This document shows, piece by piece, positions 24,919 to 38,529 of a stretch of 64,000 nt of DNA (positions within the stretch are counted from its first letter, which is position 1; every line of letters begins with the position of its first letter). This DNA is from Felis catus (Eukaryota): NCBI RefSeq assembly GCF_018350175.1, contig NC_058372.1:14632001-14696000 (forward strand). The letters run 5' to 3'. The translations under genes were made by a program, and so were the position numbers. The notes under the pieces were generated by a model. It had not been told where the DNA came from and did no database searches. It saw only the letters and a list, made by a program, of their open reading frames with translations.

Positions 24919-25565
24919 CTCCATCCCCCGTTTCTCCTTCTTCTCGTTGAATGCAGACTGTTTAATGGAACAATTGCAGGCTTTCATCCGAGGGAACAAA
25001 CAGCGAGCAAGGCTGGCTCTCAAAACACTAGTAGGATGTCAACATGGGAGCTTCGGAGAAATTCTTCTTGAAGAGTACTTAAGTCAATAACACCGGGAAA
25101 TGGAGAGAGCGCGGGCTCTGCTGGAGTGAATGTGCCTCTCGTCGAATAATGAGAAGCACAGAGTGCCCTGCACTTTCCGCTCGCCAAATGAGGGGCTTTG
25201 AGTACTTCAGAAATGCACCAAAGCCTCCTGGCACTCCCGTTAAAAGGAAAAGGGGTCATTATGTCCATTTGATAAATGGGGGTGCAGAGAAAGGCATCAG
25301 CGCCTTGCCCCAGTTCACAGCACAGGGTGGAAGAGAAGCCCTCCTGACCTCCATCTGCTCCTACCTGGGGAGGGTCTTCCCGGCCCTGATGGGGGGGATC
25401 ATTGCCAGGGGGGTGACATTGACCTGGTGACATGGTGTGGCCCCGGGCACCCCACTTTTCCAAGAAAACTCACGGGTGCCAGAGCCTCCCCAAAGGGGCA
25501 GCGGAAAGACCTAAGTCCATTCTGATACGAGGCAGAGTGGAAAATCTACTTAAACATAAATGAAT

Positions 25566-25795
25566 GGGAGCGCCTGGGTGGCTCCGTCGGTTAAGCATCC
25601 CGAGTCTTGATCTCAGCTCAGGTCACCATCTCACAGTTTGTGAGTTCGAGCCCAGCATTGGGTTCTGTGCTGATGGTGCAGAGCCTGCTTGGGATTCTCT
25701 CTCCCTCTCTCTGCCCCTCCCCTGCTTGTGCACGCTCTCTCTCACGCACGTGCTCGCTCTCAAAATACACAAATAAACTTTAAAAAAAAGTATAA
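25566..25795 (+). mobile_element. CanSINE, older type
   Basis: Full element. Confidence 0.9.
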
Positions 25796-26116
25796 AAAAA
25801 TAAATCCAGGACCACAGCAGCAAAGGCTTGGGGCCCCATCAGCAGACGGAGGCAGCTTTGGATGCGTGGCCCCCTTGAGAGGAGGGCTGTGGTCTTAGGT
25901 TCTGCTCCTCCCTGGGGGGATCTCTGAGGACTTCCTGTATGGAGCCCTTCTAAAACATGGGATTCTAAAGTCAATTGTGCTTAGGGCTTTAAAACAAACC
26001 AGGGGGCCCTGAATGGAACACGCTCCATAATTACACGATGCTGCTGTGAGTACCTCGGGGAGGGAATCGGGCCGAGTTGATGGGTGTCCCAGTGCCTAGT
26101 GGGTGTGTGACTGAGT

Positions 26117-26271
26117 GAGCGAGGGAAGGAGGGAGGGGGGAGGGAAAGCAGGGGAAGAGGGGGAGAGAGAGGGAGAAGAAAAGGAAGGAAGAGGACGGGG
26201 CAGGGGTGGGGTGGAGAAGGGAGGCAGGGAGGAGGCTGGAGGGCAGGAGGGAGGAAAGGAGACCAGAGGAA
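26117..26271. repeat. Polypurine/polypyrimidine low-complexity tract
   Basis: ~150 bp almost only G/A on the plus strand, with many G-runs. Confidence 0.85.
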
Positions 26272-27744
26272 GTTTTAAAACACGAAGGTGGGAGGGATCA
26301 AAGGCGAAGAAAGAATTTCCTCTTCCTTTTTCTCTCTTAGCAAAGAAGGCAAGATGGCGCCCTCCCCTGCACGTGTCACCACCCACAGGTGCCACCGGAA
26401 GCCATGCTCTGATCGCTGCCAGTCCTGGATCCGCTCTCCACCCTGCCCCTTTGTCCAGGGACTGGATCACCTCCCTCCTTGTCCCGTGGCTCTCCTGTGG
26501 CCAAAGGGACAGCGGTGATGGGTGATGGGTTCATTCCCTTGGCTGTCTCCTCACTATGCAAGTGAGGACAGGGGTCTGCCGGGGCCGCGTGGCATCCTGG
26601 GTGGCTGCGGCCTTACTCTGCACCTGCATCCACGTTCTGGAACCATCAGCCTGCCGCCTTGGGCGCTCAGGCCTGGGGCCAGTCCCGGCCCCCCGCCCTT
26701 ACCCATCCCCACAAGCTGCCCACCCCTGCAGCCCTGCCCACACCCCAGTAACTAGCTCCCTTCCCCCAAATTCTCTTCTGTTAAACCCTCATGAGGGGGT
26801 GATACCCTCGTCAGAGCCCCGACTGACAGGAGCGGGATCGCCCTTCTTTGAGTGGTGACTTCCTCACCTCTGAAATGAGGACACTCCCCGGGCACTACCT
26901 GGGCAAGGTGCTCCAAGGCTAAGTGAGACCAAGTCTATTGGGTGCCACGATGTATCTGAACGAGACGACATAATTTACAAGCACGCGTGCCCTTTCTCTG
27001 CCTTTTACAGCAAGCGCCTTGCCCCCGGGCTCTCTGCAAGAGATGAGGATTTGAGGCCAGCCTCCCAGCGCTACCTGATCTGGCCCCCTGGGTGGCCTGT
27101 GGAGAAGGTGTTTTTATCAGCCCACAGCCGGCAGAGAAGCAAGTGCCTCGTGGATAGGACGCAGGCTTAGGTAACCCCTTCCAGACCAAGGATGAAACCT
27201 GCACGCACATGGCCTCTAACCGAGCAAGGAAGGCCACGAAGGCCCGCAGGGTTTGGGGACGCTTCCCTCCTCGAGGCCACATTATGAGAAATCACTCCCT
27301 TCTGGGGGCAGGGGTGGGGGGTGGGGGGCGCTCGACCAAGCTTCGGGCTCTGCGGTCATAACCAACCACCTCCACTCTCCACCAAGAAAGCGTCTGAATC
27401 ACTAATCATCCTTGTAAATGGGTTCGTCAAACCTGCAGAGAAAAATTCAACGCATTCTTCCCCGTCCACGCATTCTCCCAACGAGTATGCCCTAAGGACG
27501 CACCGCGTGTCACGGTGAGACAGAGGAAACAAACCCGAGGCGTGGCCCTGACCCTGCAGGAGCTCGAGTGAGCACAGGAAGCTCGACCCAGTAGCCCCAG
27601 CTGGTGCAGTCACTCACCAGCTGGGCACGTGGATAAAGGCTGCGGACAGGACACGTCTCACCAGGGGGTAACAGCAAGGTGTGGAAGAGGGGCTGCCATT
27701 ATCTTGATGGAAACAGAAGAACAGGGAAACCCGGAACCAGATTT

Positions 27745-27967
27745 GTTTTTTTAATCTTGTGTTAATGTTTGTTTATTTTGAAGAGAGAGTCAGAGCGCAA
27801 GTGGGGAGGGGCAGAGAGAGAGAGAGAGGGAGACGCAGAATCCGAAGCAGGCTCCAGGCTCCGAGCTGTCATCACAGAGCCCCAAGTGGGGCTCGAACCC
27901 ACGAGCCGTGAGATCATGACCCGAGCCGAAGTCGGACGCTTAACCGACTGAGCCCCCCAGGCGCCCC
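27745..27967 (-). mobile_element. CanSINE
   Basis: Full element. Confidence 0.92.
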
Positions 27968-28519
27968 AGGACCTGATTTTTCAAGGTCATGAAGTCCTGA
28001 TCTGGGACTCACTTTTCCAGGCCACGCGAGAAAGTCAGCGGATTAGTGCCCAGCCGTTCTTGGCCTGGTGCTTGCTTATTACACTCACAAAGTCGTTCTA
28101 GAAGTTGTCTCATCCACCTGCTCGGGCTCTGGGGTTTCCTTTTGAGCAGCTCACCTGTCATTGCTTCTCCATTACCCATGTAGTTGCTATGATTTTTGCT
28201 CTCGTGATTGTTGTCATAACCATAATCCGCCCTGTTCATTTTACGGAGGGCAGGTAATTGTTCATGTGGAAATGTATCTGGCGACTCTTCATCCCCCCCG
28301 TATTCAGGATCCCACGATCGGTCATGCTTCCTGGGACTGTAAACGCCGAGACTTCAAAGAAGGAAATCAACAGAAAGCAGGGGAAATTATGGGGTTGTGG
28401 TTTTTCTGTTTTGTTTCAAAACATTTCATGTCATATTTTGGTGAGGCGAATCTTCCAGGCAGGGAAATAGGTTTATTGTTCGTTTCTGTACTGACGACAC
28501 ATTAAACATGTACACAGAT

Positions 28520-29140
28520 CTGATATATGCATCTACTATGTGCCAGTCTCCTGGCGTGCTCAGCACCAGGGGTAAAACAGGGGATGGATGAAGTCCCTGC
28601 TCTCCTGGTCCTGAGTGAAAGGAGGTGACAAATGAGCACGTGTATGGTGTCAGGTAGCAATGCTGAGGAGGAAAAATAAAGCAGGTAAGAAGGCAGAGAA
28701 AATGCAGGTGCTGCTTTATATAAGGTGGTTAGGGAAGGCCTCTTTGACACAGCAAAAGAGTATGGAACGCGGATTTCTGGAAGCAGAATGTCCCAGGTGG
28801 AGGGAATCATCAGTGCAAAGGTCCTGGGGCAGCAGAGGCTTGGCAGTTTAGAGGAAGAGGAAGCCCAGTGTGGCTGCAGTGGAGTGGGGAGGGAGGTGAA
28901 AGGTAAGAGATGAGGTCAAAAAGGCAGTCACGTAGGATCCCAGGGACCGCAGAAATGGATATGTTTCAGAGTGAGCTGGAAGTCTCCTCAGAGACTGAGC
29001 AGAACATGCTCTCCTCTTATTTGAGAAGGCCCACGCTGGTGCGGAGAACAGACTGGGGGACCAGGGCAGAAGCCAAGAGGTCAGTTGGGGCCGCTCTAAT
29101 AATGCAGTGGACCCCCAACTAGATGTGACACACATTTGAT
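28520..29140 (-). mobile_element. L2 3' fragment
   Basis: catctactatgtgccag...ccctgctctc...gtggttagggaaggcctct...agtgcaaaggtcctgggg. Confidence 0.7.
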
Positions 29141-29709
29141 GGTTGGCATCGATTTTCCTGGACTCCCGTGAGCTGTTTTCTGTTTCTACCCGGTGAAAAC
29201 AAAGCGTCATATTCCATAGCTAACCACATAATACAGACGTTCTTAAATAGAACACAATGTTGATTACAATTATGTTACCAATATGTTCTTTACATCCCCT
29301 TCACCCAAACTAGAAGAAATACAGGATTCTTCTTTTCTCTTTCTTTCTTTTCTCTTTCTTTTTCTTTTTTTTCTGCATTAAAGTCCTCCTAGTAGCTAGT
29401 CTCCAGTTTTTGAGCGATTGGTACCAGATCGGATTAGGAATTGAGAACTCTATTAAATGTTCTTTTCTTCCTGTAAAATTGCGTTTAGTCACTGCCAAAC
29501 TGCTCCTTTCAGACTTTCAAAAGTTATCCTTGAAAAGCAATGCTTGGGATGCTCATTTTCAGGGACTGAATCATATTCTGAATTACGGTATCTGAATGTG
29601 GTCAGCTCTCTCGGTGTAAAATTGTTACACAGTTTCCACCTTAAAGTGGGTTTGAAAAAATGCAGAAGGCAAAACATGGTATTGTTAGACGTTCTTTATT
29701 GGTTATGAC

Positions 29710-30055
29710 ACTCAGTGCCCCTCCCTACAGAGCATTTAACGATAATTATTCGCTTCTTGCTAACTTTGGGCTTGACCGTTTGGTTTGCTTTGGTTGACGA
29801 GATGAGAATTCAAGTGACCTGGGCTGTTTTTGCCAGAACTCTCAAAGCCAACACATACATCATTATTACTCTTTCCTTCCACCATGAGGCTGGCATGTCT
29901 CAGATGGGGCTGCCCCTTCAGCCTAGACTCTGGAATAAAACCAGCACAGAGCTGAGCCCAGGTTGCCAGGAAACTATGACTTGGGGAAGAAAAGGCCTTG
30001 TTTTTGGTAAGATGCTGAGCCCTGGGGGTTGTTACCGCAGCATAACTATACTTAC
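29710..30055 (+). mobile_element. MaLR (MLT1-like) solo LTR
   Basis: tttggtttgctttggttgacgagatgag...ggttgttaccgcagcataac. Confidence 0.55.
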
Positions 30056-31920
30056 GCCGACTGATAAAGTATATAACTATATTGTACCCATTTTTACTTC
30101 GAATAAGTGAAGTCATAGAGGAGGGTCTATTTGCTGTCTTACAAATCACTGTGGCCGGATTTGGACCCAGGGTCTAAAGGACCCAGAGAACACTTTAGTG
30201 GCATTTGAAAGACTTCTTAAAGTCTCAAGTGCTCTTTCATTCTCTCCAGCTTAGTTACACTTTGGGGGATTTTCTAATCCAGGAAAATCTCTGGAGGTGA
30301 AATTTCATTTGTAGGCCTTCTCCTTTAATACCTTAACCTGGGGCCAGGGATACAGAAGAACCCCCACCCTTCTGAAAAGAACACAATTTCGAAGGAAGAC
30401 CCATTGGCACCAGAAGATGATAAAGAAAAGCATCACTGCCTCCTGCTCTCTTTATATACAATTAATAACCCAATGAGGCAAATATATGTATCACATGAAG
30501 AATATCAAACCATCCCTTACATGAGAATGTGCCCTAATAACCCTATACCTTCGACCCTTTACTTTTCTCATTTAACCCTAAAATTACTTTAGGGTCTACG
30601 TGCTGTAAATATAGTTTAAAGGAAATGTTAGATCGTGAGTCTAATGACAGAAACTCCAAATTTCTCAGTTGCTGCAGACTGGATGACCTTGGCCAATGGC
30701 CTGGCCTCTGTTATCCCAGCCTGCCTCCCAGATCCTGGGCGGGATATTGACGAGGACTGTCGAAAACTTATCGTTTCAGAGAGTGCCCTGAAGCTCCTTC
30801 GCGATCTTCCTAACTGGGAATACATATCAGACAATTTGTAACTCCCATCTTAAGAGTCCTCCGCGATTCACCAATGCACTTGCAACAGAAATCCAAGCTC
30901 CTTCCCATGGCCTGTGAGGAGGGGCCTTGGATGGCTCTTCCCCATTCCCTCTGGTCTCCTCCCAGTTTCCCAACCACATGAAAAACCCGTCCTATGTTAG
31001 AAACCACAATTGGCGGTTTCTCCTGCCTCGAACATTCTTGATTCTTCACCTGCTTCATTTTCCACCGCGCAAGAGACCCTGCCTGAACAGCTTGGGGGGG
31101 GGGTCCCCTGAGACGGGGTGCCAGGAGCTGCTCACATGCCTGTCAGCTCGCGGGACAGACAGTAAAGCACAGAAGAGAGTCAGGAGAATCCCTCCCCGCT
31201 TTGCTCAGCTAGTCCCCGAACCCTGCTTGCCAATCACGGCTGGGCCCACTCTTTGAAGAGGCCTGACCGGTGACACCGGAAACCTCATGAATCAGAGGTG
31301 CGAGCTCCAGTTACTATCATTAACACCCCTCTTTGTTCCCCAGGTTCCCTGTCCCAATTCAGTCGCCTCCCACCTTGCTGGCAAAGCACTGTCTCTGCAC
31401 CCGAAGTAAGAGATCTGCAGTCAGACGGCAAATCTTTTTACGATGGCGAGCCGAGCTCGTGTCTTCCTCCACGTGGCTGAGAACACCACCGGTATAATTT
31501 CTCTTGCATAATAGGCCCACCCCGAAGTGTAGCTATTTCAAGCCATCCATGATTGTTGTCACTCTTTGTTCCCTAAAACCCACAGGGATCCTATTGTAAG
31601 CATCTCGGTTCCCTTTATTTCTGTAGGTCCTCACTCCGAGGGAGAAGAGGAGGAATTATTTTATTTCTCTCGTTTAATTTTCCAGATGCCTGGGGACCCT
31701 GCTTAGAACAATCCAAACAGAAGAAGAAAAAAAGCGTGCTGAAAAATGATCAGCCCCAATGCCTTTAGCTGGCTTTCGAGGGAAGAAAAGGCCCCTCGGT
31801 GGGCTGTGGTCCATTTGAAAGGGCTGAAGAGAAATCTCTTTTTTTCCATGACATTTTTATTCACGGCCATAGTGCCTCTCTCTACACCTTGCAGTGGCAT
31901 ACCTCATGAACCAAGATGCG

Positions 31921-31943
31921 CACACACACACACACACACACAC
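31921..31943. repeat. (CA)n microsatellite
   Basis: Seen directly. Confidence 0.9.
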
Positions 31944-32287
31944 GTACATGTGCAAGCCAAAGGAGGACAGAGACTTCTTCCTCTTGTAGCAGGCAAGAAA
32001 CCTCTAGAGAGCCAAACACAGGGGTAACGCCTCTAAGGGGCAAAGCCAATACTCCATTCCTGAGCATTACCCAAAGCTCAGGACGTCTCCTCCTCCTTTT
32101 TAAAATGTGGCCATCATCAGTGGCGTCTCTATTTTGTGTTCGCTGCATCTTCTGATTCGTTACAAAAACGTAACATTGCTACCCCTCTTACTAGTAACAA
32201 CAGATAGAATTGTGGCTGCTTATGATTTGCCAGATGCCAACCGTTTCACAGGCATCGTGTGACGGAATTTCTAAAATAAGCCTTTGA

Positions 32288-32620
32288 GGGGCGCCTGGGT
32301 GGCTCAGTCGGCCAAGCGTGCGACTCGTGATCTCAGCTCAGGTGGTGGCCTCACGGTTTGTGGGACGGAGCCCCCCCGTCTGGCTCTGTGCCATCAGCGT
32401 GGAGCCTGCTTGGATTCCGTCTCCCTCTTTCTCTGCCTGCCACTCACACTCTCTCTCTCTCAAAATAAATAAACTTAAAAATTAAATTAAATTAAATTAA
32501 ATCAAATTAACATAAATTAAATTAACATAAATTAAATTAATAAAATAAAATAAAATATAAAATTAAATTAAAATAAAATAAAATAAAATATAAAATAAAG
32601 TAAAGTAAAATTAAATTAAA
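32288..32620 (+). mobile_element. CanSINE with ~160-bp (TAAAT/TAAAA)n tail
   Basis: Head-body plus expanded tail; TSD aaataagcctWYga. Confidence 0.92.
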
Positions 32621-34634
32621 TAAATAAGCCTACGAGACAGATACGATGGTGGTGGTCATCGCTGTTAATATTATCATTCTCTGGATCATAAAACCAAGAC
32701 TCAGAGATGTTAAGTCACTTGGGCAGGGGTCTCACAGCCAGGAGAGAGTGGGGGTGGGCTCCCAACCCCACTCCTCCGACCCCAGGACCCAGGCTCTTAG
32801 GCAGAAGTTCACGTCGCCTCTCTGTGGAAGCCACGTCAACGATCAAAAAGCAGGGGAGCAGAAAATTCACCACTAAAATAAGACTAGAAGCAGTAGCCCT
32901 TTTACCTAACGAACCCAATTCTACCTCGCAGGCCGTCCCTCCCACTGGGGTATCGACCGGGACAGCGTCCCCAAACCTTCTTCTCGTTTCCTGGTAACAC
33001 CGTAGCCCCATTACGTTACTGGAGCCCCTGCCCGATCGGTGCGTGGTCCGGTCTTAGAATGCAATCCTTTGGGTAATCCCCTAAAACTCACTGGCTGGAG
33101 TCCAAGAAGGAAAGTTCTTACACGGAATTCCACTCTAAATTAAAAAATATTTCAGTAAGGACCCAGCATATTTATAGTATGTGTGAATAGGTGAATATCC
33201 TCCTTCCCACTTACAACAGGGATAGAAATTCTGGATGCCCCAGTGGCACTGAGGCACCCTTCTCCACATCGGTGCCGAGGAACCGAAGAAATGTCACGAC
33301 GGACCGGAGAGGAACGCCGCGAGAACCAGCCGCTCTGGAGAGACTTCGGGAAAGACTCTTGCGCTTGTGGCTTAGTCTCTACATCCTCCATCACCAGGGC
33401 TGAAAGCATTTCTATTTCATATCCGCCTAGCCGGGAGCACGATGCAGCTCTAAATATTGGGAAAAACAGACACGTATTTCTTTGGGGGGACTGCAAGGTG
33501 ACAGCCAGGCGCAGGAGCAACACTAACGTGGTCAGGCACCTGTGCCATCAGCTGCAAAACGCACAGCAGGCGTGGGGCTCCGGGCAGCCTCCTGGAAAAA
33601 ATGTGACAAATAGTCGGGCTGCGCACCCTGGGACGTACGTGCGTACCCGGGCATGTGATTCTGACGGGCAAGTATATTAATTATTTCTGAGGCCCGGCAG
33701 TAACTCTGAGGGCTCCTGTGCCAGAATACCCAGGCGTGCTTTCTCGAATGCTCCTAAACCCCGCTCACAAACTCGCAGCTGGGTCTTTTCGCGGAGCCCA
33801 TCAGACCCTGACGCCTGTCTGGGGGCAGGGGAGTGGCTTTGTTGTCTGTCCTCGCCACCCTACTCTCCCCTCTTCACCCAGTGAGCGGGTGAGGGCTAGG
33901 CTGGGGAGGCAGTGCAACTGGAAAGACAGAGCTTTGGTGCCCTGTGGACGCTCACGTTGAAGAGTGCGGAGCCCAGGCCGAGTGCAGGGGAGTGGGGCCG
34001 AGAGGAGCCAACACAGAGCCGAGGGCGCCCGTCCGCACCCCTGGACCGTTCTAGGCACTGGCAGGGTGGCACAGGCCCTGAGGAGAGGGTGGGGGCGTAA
34101 AACAGACGCACGGGGACAGCAGAGACGATGGACCTCAGCAGAGGCTGTCCTCAATCAGCGAAAGGCGGACGGACGAGAAAAGTCGAGAACTGCCTCTTAC
34201 CTTCTGGGAGGCGGTGTGCCTGGGGACAGCCTATCTATTGGCAAGGTTATTTTTCTGGCTTCCTACTGGCCGTTGAGATGCGGTCAGAGGGAGACAGCAG
34301 CGTTCCAGAAGACCTTCAGCGGTTCCAGCCATCCTCGATGATCGCACCCGGCTCCGTGCCTTGCCGGGGCTCGTCATCAGCATGGCACACGGTTGCCCCA
34401 AAACAAAGATGTGTTGCTCGCATCCCGTGTGCACGTCTCCGCTTGCCAAGGAGTCTCTCGGAGGCAGGGTTTGTATCCCACAGCCCGGAATGAAAGGAGT
34501 GCGAAACTGATACAATCGTATCATCTCTAATAAGACGGCAGCTTATTGGATGGATGGTTCCTCAGTTTCTTTGTCACTGCATCATGTAAAAAACAGCAGA
34601 GTGGATCTCCATAGTCATTGCAGAATTCTTCTTT

Positions 34635-35045
34635 TCGGCTTAACACAAGAAAAACGTATTATCTGAGAGTTCTGGAGGTCCGGGGTCTGAAATGGTTCTC
34701 ACTGAGTTAAAATCAAGACGTCAGCAGGGCGGCACTCCTTCTGGAACTTCTAGGGGAGAATCTGTTTTCCTTTCCCCTTTCCGGCTGTCAGAGGATGTGC
34801 CCATTTTCCTTGGCTCCTGGCCCCTTCCTTCATCCTCAAAGCCAATTGCTGTCCTGCTTGGACCCTCACCCTTAAGAACTTTTGCATCTTGGGTACATCT
34901 GGACAATCCAGGATGATCTCCCCCATCTCAAGATCCTTAACTTAATTATATCTGCAAAGTCCCTTTGCCATATTCACTGGTTCCGGGGATTCGTATGGAC
35001 AGCTTTAAGATGGGGGGGGCGGGTGTCCTTGTTCTGCCCACCACG
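34635..35045 (-). mobile_element. MLT1C/D-like solo LTR
   Basis: agttctggaggtc...aaaatcaagacgtcagcaggg...aatccaggatgatctccccatctcaagatccttaac...ctgcccaccac. Confidence 0.8.
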
Positions 35046-35309
35046 AATGAGGAGCTGTTACGATTTCCAGGCCTGAAAGTACAGAAAACAGAATGGTGTC
35101 CAGAACCCAGAATGAGGTGTGGCTGTGGGGATGTCTACACTGGGGCTCAGTGGCAGAGTGGTAGGAAATACCAGCCATCAATCGCTTCCTCCTTGGCAGA
35201 GTATTTTCGACATGGTCTGACTTTGTATATGTATATAACATACGTATAGACAACTTTAGCATCTGGGATGAAGAGACTCAGTCCATCTAAAGGAGGAGGC
35301 AGTCTCAGA

Positions 35310-35535
35310 CAGTGGAGAAAGTAAGAACCCAGAGTCTGGAGCCGGACCACCCGGTTCGAATCCCAGTGATACCATTTACTGGCTAGGTGACTTGGGGCAA
35401 ATTACGCCCCCGCCCCTGGGATCCCCATCTGTGAAATAAGAATGATGACAAGAACACCTAGCCCATAGGATAGTTGTGAGAATTTAACAAATTTGTAGGA
35501 CACTTACGCATGGCTTATAGTGAGTGCTGTTGTTC
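35310..35535 (+). mobile_element. MIR
   Basis: tctggagcc...ggttcgaatccc...catctgtgaaat...gttgtgagaatt. Confidence 0.75.
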
Positions 35536-35789
35536 TTTGAAGAGGTGGCCAAATGGATTTCGGCAAAAGGCTTCTCCATGCTGCCGAGAAACAGACACAG
35601 TTTCAAAGCGAAGGTACAATGTCAAACACTGAGAACCACGGGGCCTGATTCTCAGACAACCTGTCTCTCATAGCAGGCAACTTGATACGGACTCCTGCCA
35701 GAGGTAAGCGAGATTCACACACCCAACACTACATTTGGAAAGGCCAGCTAGGGCTCAAAACATACCTGGCCCATCACAACCACAGCTCG

Positions 35790-36318
35790 GTGATAGACTT
35801 AAATATGCGCACAAAGTCTCTGATGCTCCTTCCTTCGAGCAGTGGAGCCTAAGTTTCCTCCCGGCTCAAGTATTAGCTGGGTTTCGGGACTTGCTGCTAA
35901 TGAGTAGAATAAAAGAAAAGTGACGGTGCACAAGTTTAGAGACCAAATCGCAAAGGGTACAGCGGGGTCCTCCTCGTTCTTTCTCTTGGACCACTCACTC
36001 TGGGGAAAACGAGTGGCCACATTGTGAGCACACTCAAGCAGCCCCTGGGGAGACCCATGGTGGCAGGAACTGGGGCCTCTACCAGCCACACGAGGGCGCC
36101 ATCTTGAAAGCCGACTTTCCAGTCCCAGTCAAACCTTCCAGTGAATACAGCCCCTGTTGACATCCTCTCTGCGGCCTCGGGACCGATGCTGAGCCAGACC
36201 ACCCAGCTAAGCCATGCCCGGATTCCTGACCCTCAGCAACTGTGAGATAATCGATGTTGGTTGCATTAAGTCATTGAATGTGGGGGTAATCTGTTGCGCA
36301 ACAAAAGGAAATGGATAG
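35790..36318 (+). mobile_element. MLT1F-like solo LTR
   Basis: gagccagaccacccagctaagcc...ttcctgaccctcagcaactgtgagataat...ggggtaatctgttgcgcaac. Confidence 0.8.
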
Positions 36319-38427
36319 AAGTTCTTTTGCTGCTGAGATGTCAGTCGGTCCTACTAGTAGCATCCGGAAACTTGTCTCATCATCACGCATAGGTGACTGA
36401 TGGTACAAACCTGAGTCCTCTAGGGTTTATAAATGAACTCTCAATATGTGTGTGTGTGTCCGTCCAGATGGGTGAGTGAGCACCCAGGAAGTACTCTTCG
36501 TGCAATCATCTCCTGGCAATGTCTCACTCACATATACACACAAACTCACAAAGAACTGAAGTCCATTCATTCAGCATTAATTAATGACTAACAAATAGTT
36601 CGTTAATAACGAACGCGCCAGGCACCGCTCTTCCCTAAGATGAAAAGGCATCGCCCGTGCCCTCAGGAACCTACAGGAAAATCGCTCTAATGTATTTACG
36701 CACAAACCGTAGGGGAGCAGCATTCCAAGACTCTCGCGGGTGGCTGGGGAGACGGCATGGGCCGTACAGGAGAGAGTATTTGCACGGAGACTCAATTCTA
36801 ACTTTTCAAAAGGATTTTTGTGGCCGCCTCAGGACCCCTACCCTTGCCCTAAGTGGAAAGCCAGGAGGAAACCGAGCACGCTATTTCTGATCTGCAGTAT
36901 TATACAATGCCTCGTGGAGTATTCAAACACAACAAAAGCACCAAATAATAACAACCATAATCCAGGACGTCAACATTCGCCCTAAACACCCCCTTGATTC
37001 CTATGAAAGGTTGGAGTCAAGTGCTCGGTGCCGGGCAGGGTCGCGGCACACAATTCTCTTCCTGGGCAGGCTTTGTTCCAGATCAGCCTGGTACACAGTG
37101 CTGGCAAGGCTCAGAGGCCAGCAGAACTCACATAACAGGTGGAATTATATATCAGTGAGAGACTTACAGAGTGTTTATTCACGTGCCAGGTTTATTTATC
37201 AGGTACGGGATTGAAAGGATTTCCCCACAGGATATGTAGAGATTAGTGTGCAGTGAAAATGCTTTTTCAACAAACCCCCGCGCTAATCAGGTCTTGGTTT
37301 TCGTATTTTAGCAGAACAGGGCTTAGTGCCCTTCGCTGACGAACAAAGCAAGCCGAAACGTGGACATCTATCTGTCACTCTGAAGGGCGGCTGTCACTTT
37401 TTTAAAAGCCCACGAGCGCGTTTTAATATTACGTTCGATTAGTGTATTTATAATGAAACAACTCCACGGCTACCTGGAGCCTAAAGACATGTGGATGAGA
37501 GGGGAAAATCTCTTTCACCCACTGCTTTGTCCACCTGGAGCCATCATTAAATGATTTCCAGAAGCTTCTCGAGCCCATGCTGGGTCTAAGGAATGTGTTC
37601 ATTAAAAATCTGCCGCGGCTGAGCTTAAAAATGCAGCTGAACACTCACAGGTCTCCTGAAGGGCAGGTTGAGAGCAAGGACGAGGCCACTCGGGCGAGAT
37701 TCTTATATAACCCTCTCTCGCACGGTGTCTATAGTGAGGCCAAAGCAAGCAGACGAACGGCGAAAAAGTCACTCCCTCATCTGGCCCATTTAATGCCAAA
37801 CATCTGGATGTTACATAACAAGCCATTGGGGTCGTTTCTCTTGCTCTCCTTTGGTCTGTTTCAAAAATAGTCCTAACAATTAAATCTGGTCTTTAGACAC
37901 TGAATTTCATATATTTTCCATAAGGTCTTGGAGCAAACCGGTCTTGATTATACTTTGCCATTAAAAACCGCACGGTCACGCTCGGAGAGGAAATCGCTCC
38001 AAGAGCGCCCATAACCGCAAAGGTAATCTCTGATCTCTCCCTTGCGTCTTCAGGTGTCCACCCTTCGTGGACCAATGGCCTCAGCACACTAAGGAAAATG
38101 CCAACGTCCCCGCGGCCGTCGGCCCCTGCGACCCGCACTGCAAAGATCACTCCCTCCCGCACAGGGGCTCTGTTTTACACAAAGGGGAGTCATACGAACA
38201 TTTTGGTTATTTCCTTACAATTTTTCAAAGCCCCTTGAGACAGGACGACCGACTAGAAAGTGCTCTCAGGCCACAGCTAACCAACCACAGGGTCACTGGG
38301 TGCAGCCATGGGGGGGTGAGTGTCTTGGCTTTCTCCACGTTGCACATTCTCCTCACTGAACCCCATTCCGGACGGTAGGCCCGCCTCCTGTAGCTTTTCT
38401 GGAACTGGTATGTCTTTCTCTGCTTAC

Positions 38428-38529
38428 CTGAGTGTGCTTGCTGCTTCTCGGTTACCCCCACAGCTCACTTCCTGCCATCCGCCCACCCCTAAAGAACCCC
38501 TAAAGAACCAAGAACCTAAAGAACCACCC
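38428..38529 (-). other. Candidate non-coding/uORF exon with four tandem acceptors
   Basis: Donor CAG|GTAAGC at 38428/38427; four gttctttag|g acceptors; branch-like TTGAC ~29 nt upstream of the first AG. Confidence 0.35.

Noticed and set aside
36084-36106. CTCF/YY1-like motif ccacacgagggcgccatcttg
   Set aside because: Lies inside an MLT1F-like LTR where similar sequence is part of the consensus; no independent support.
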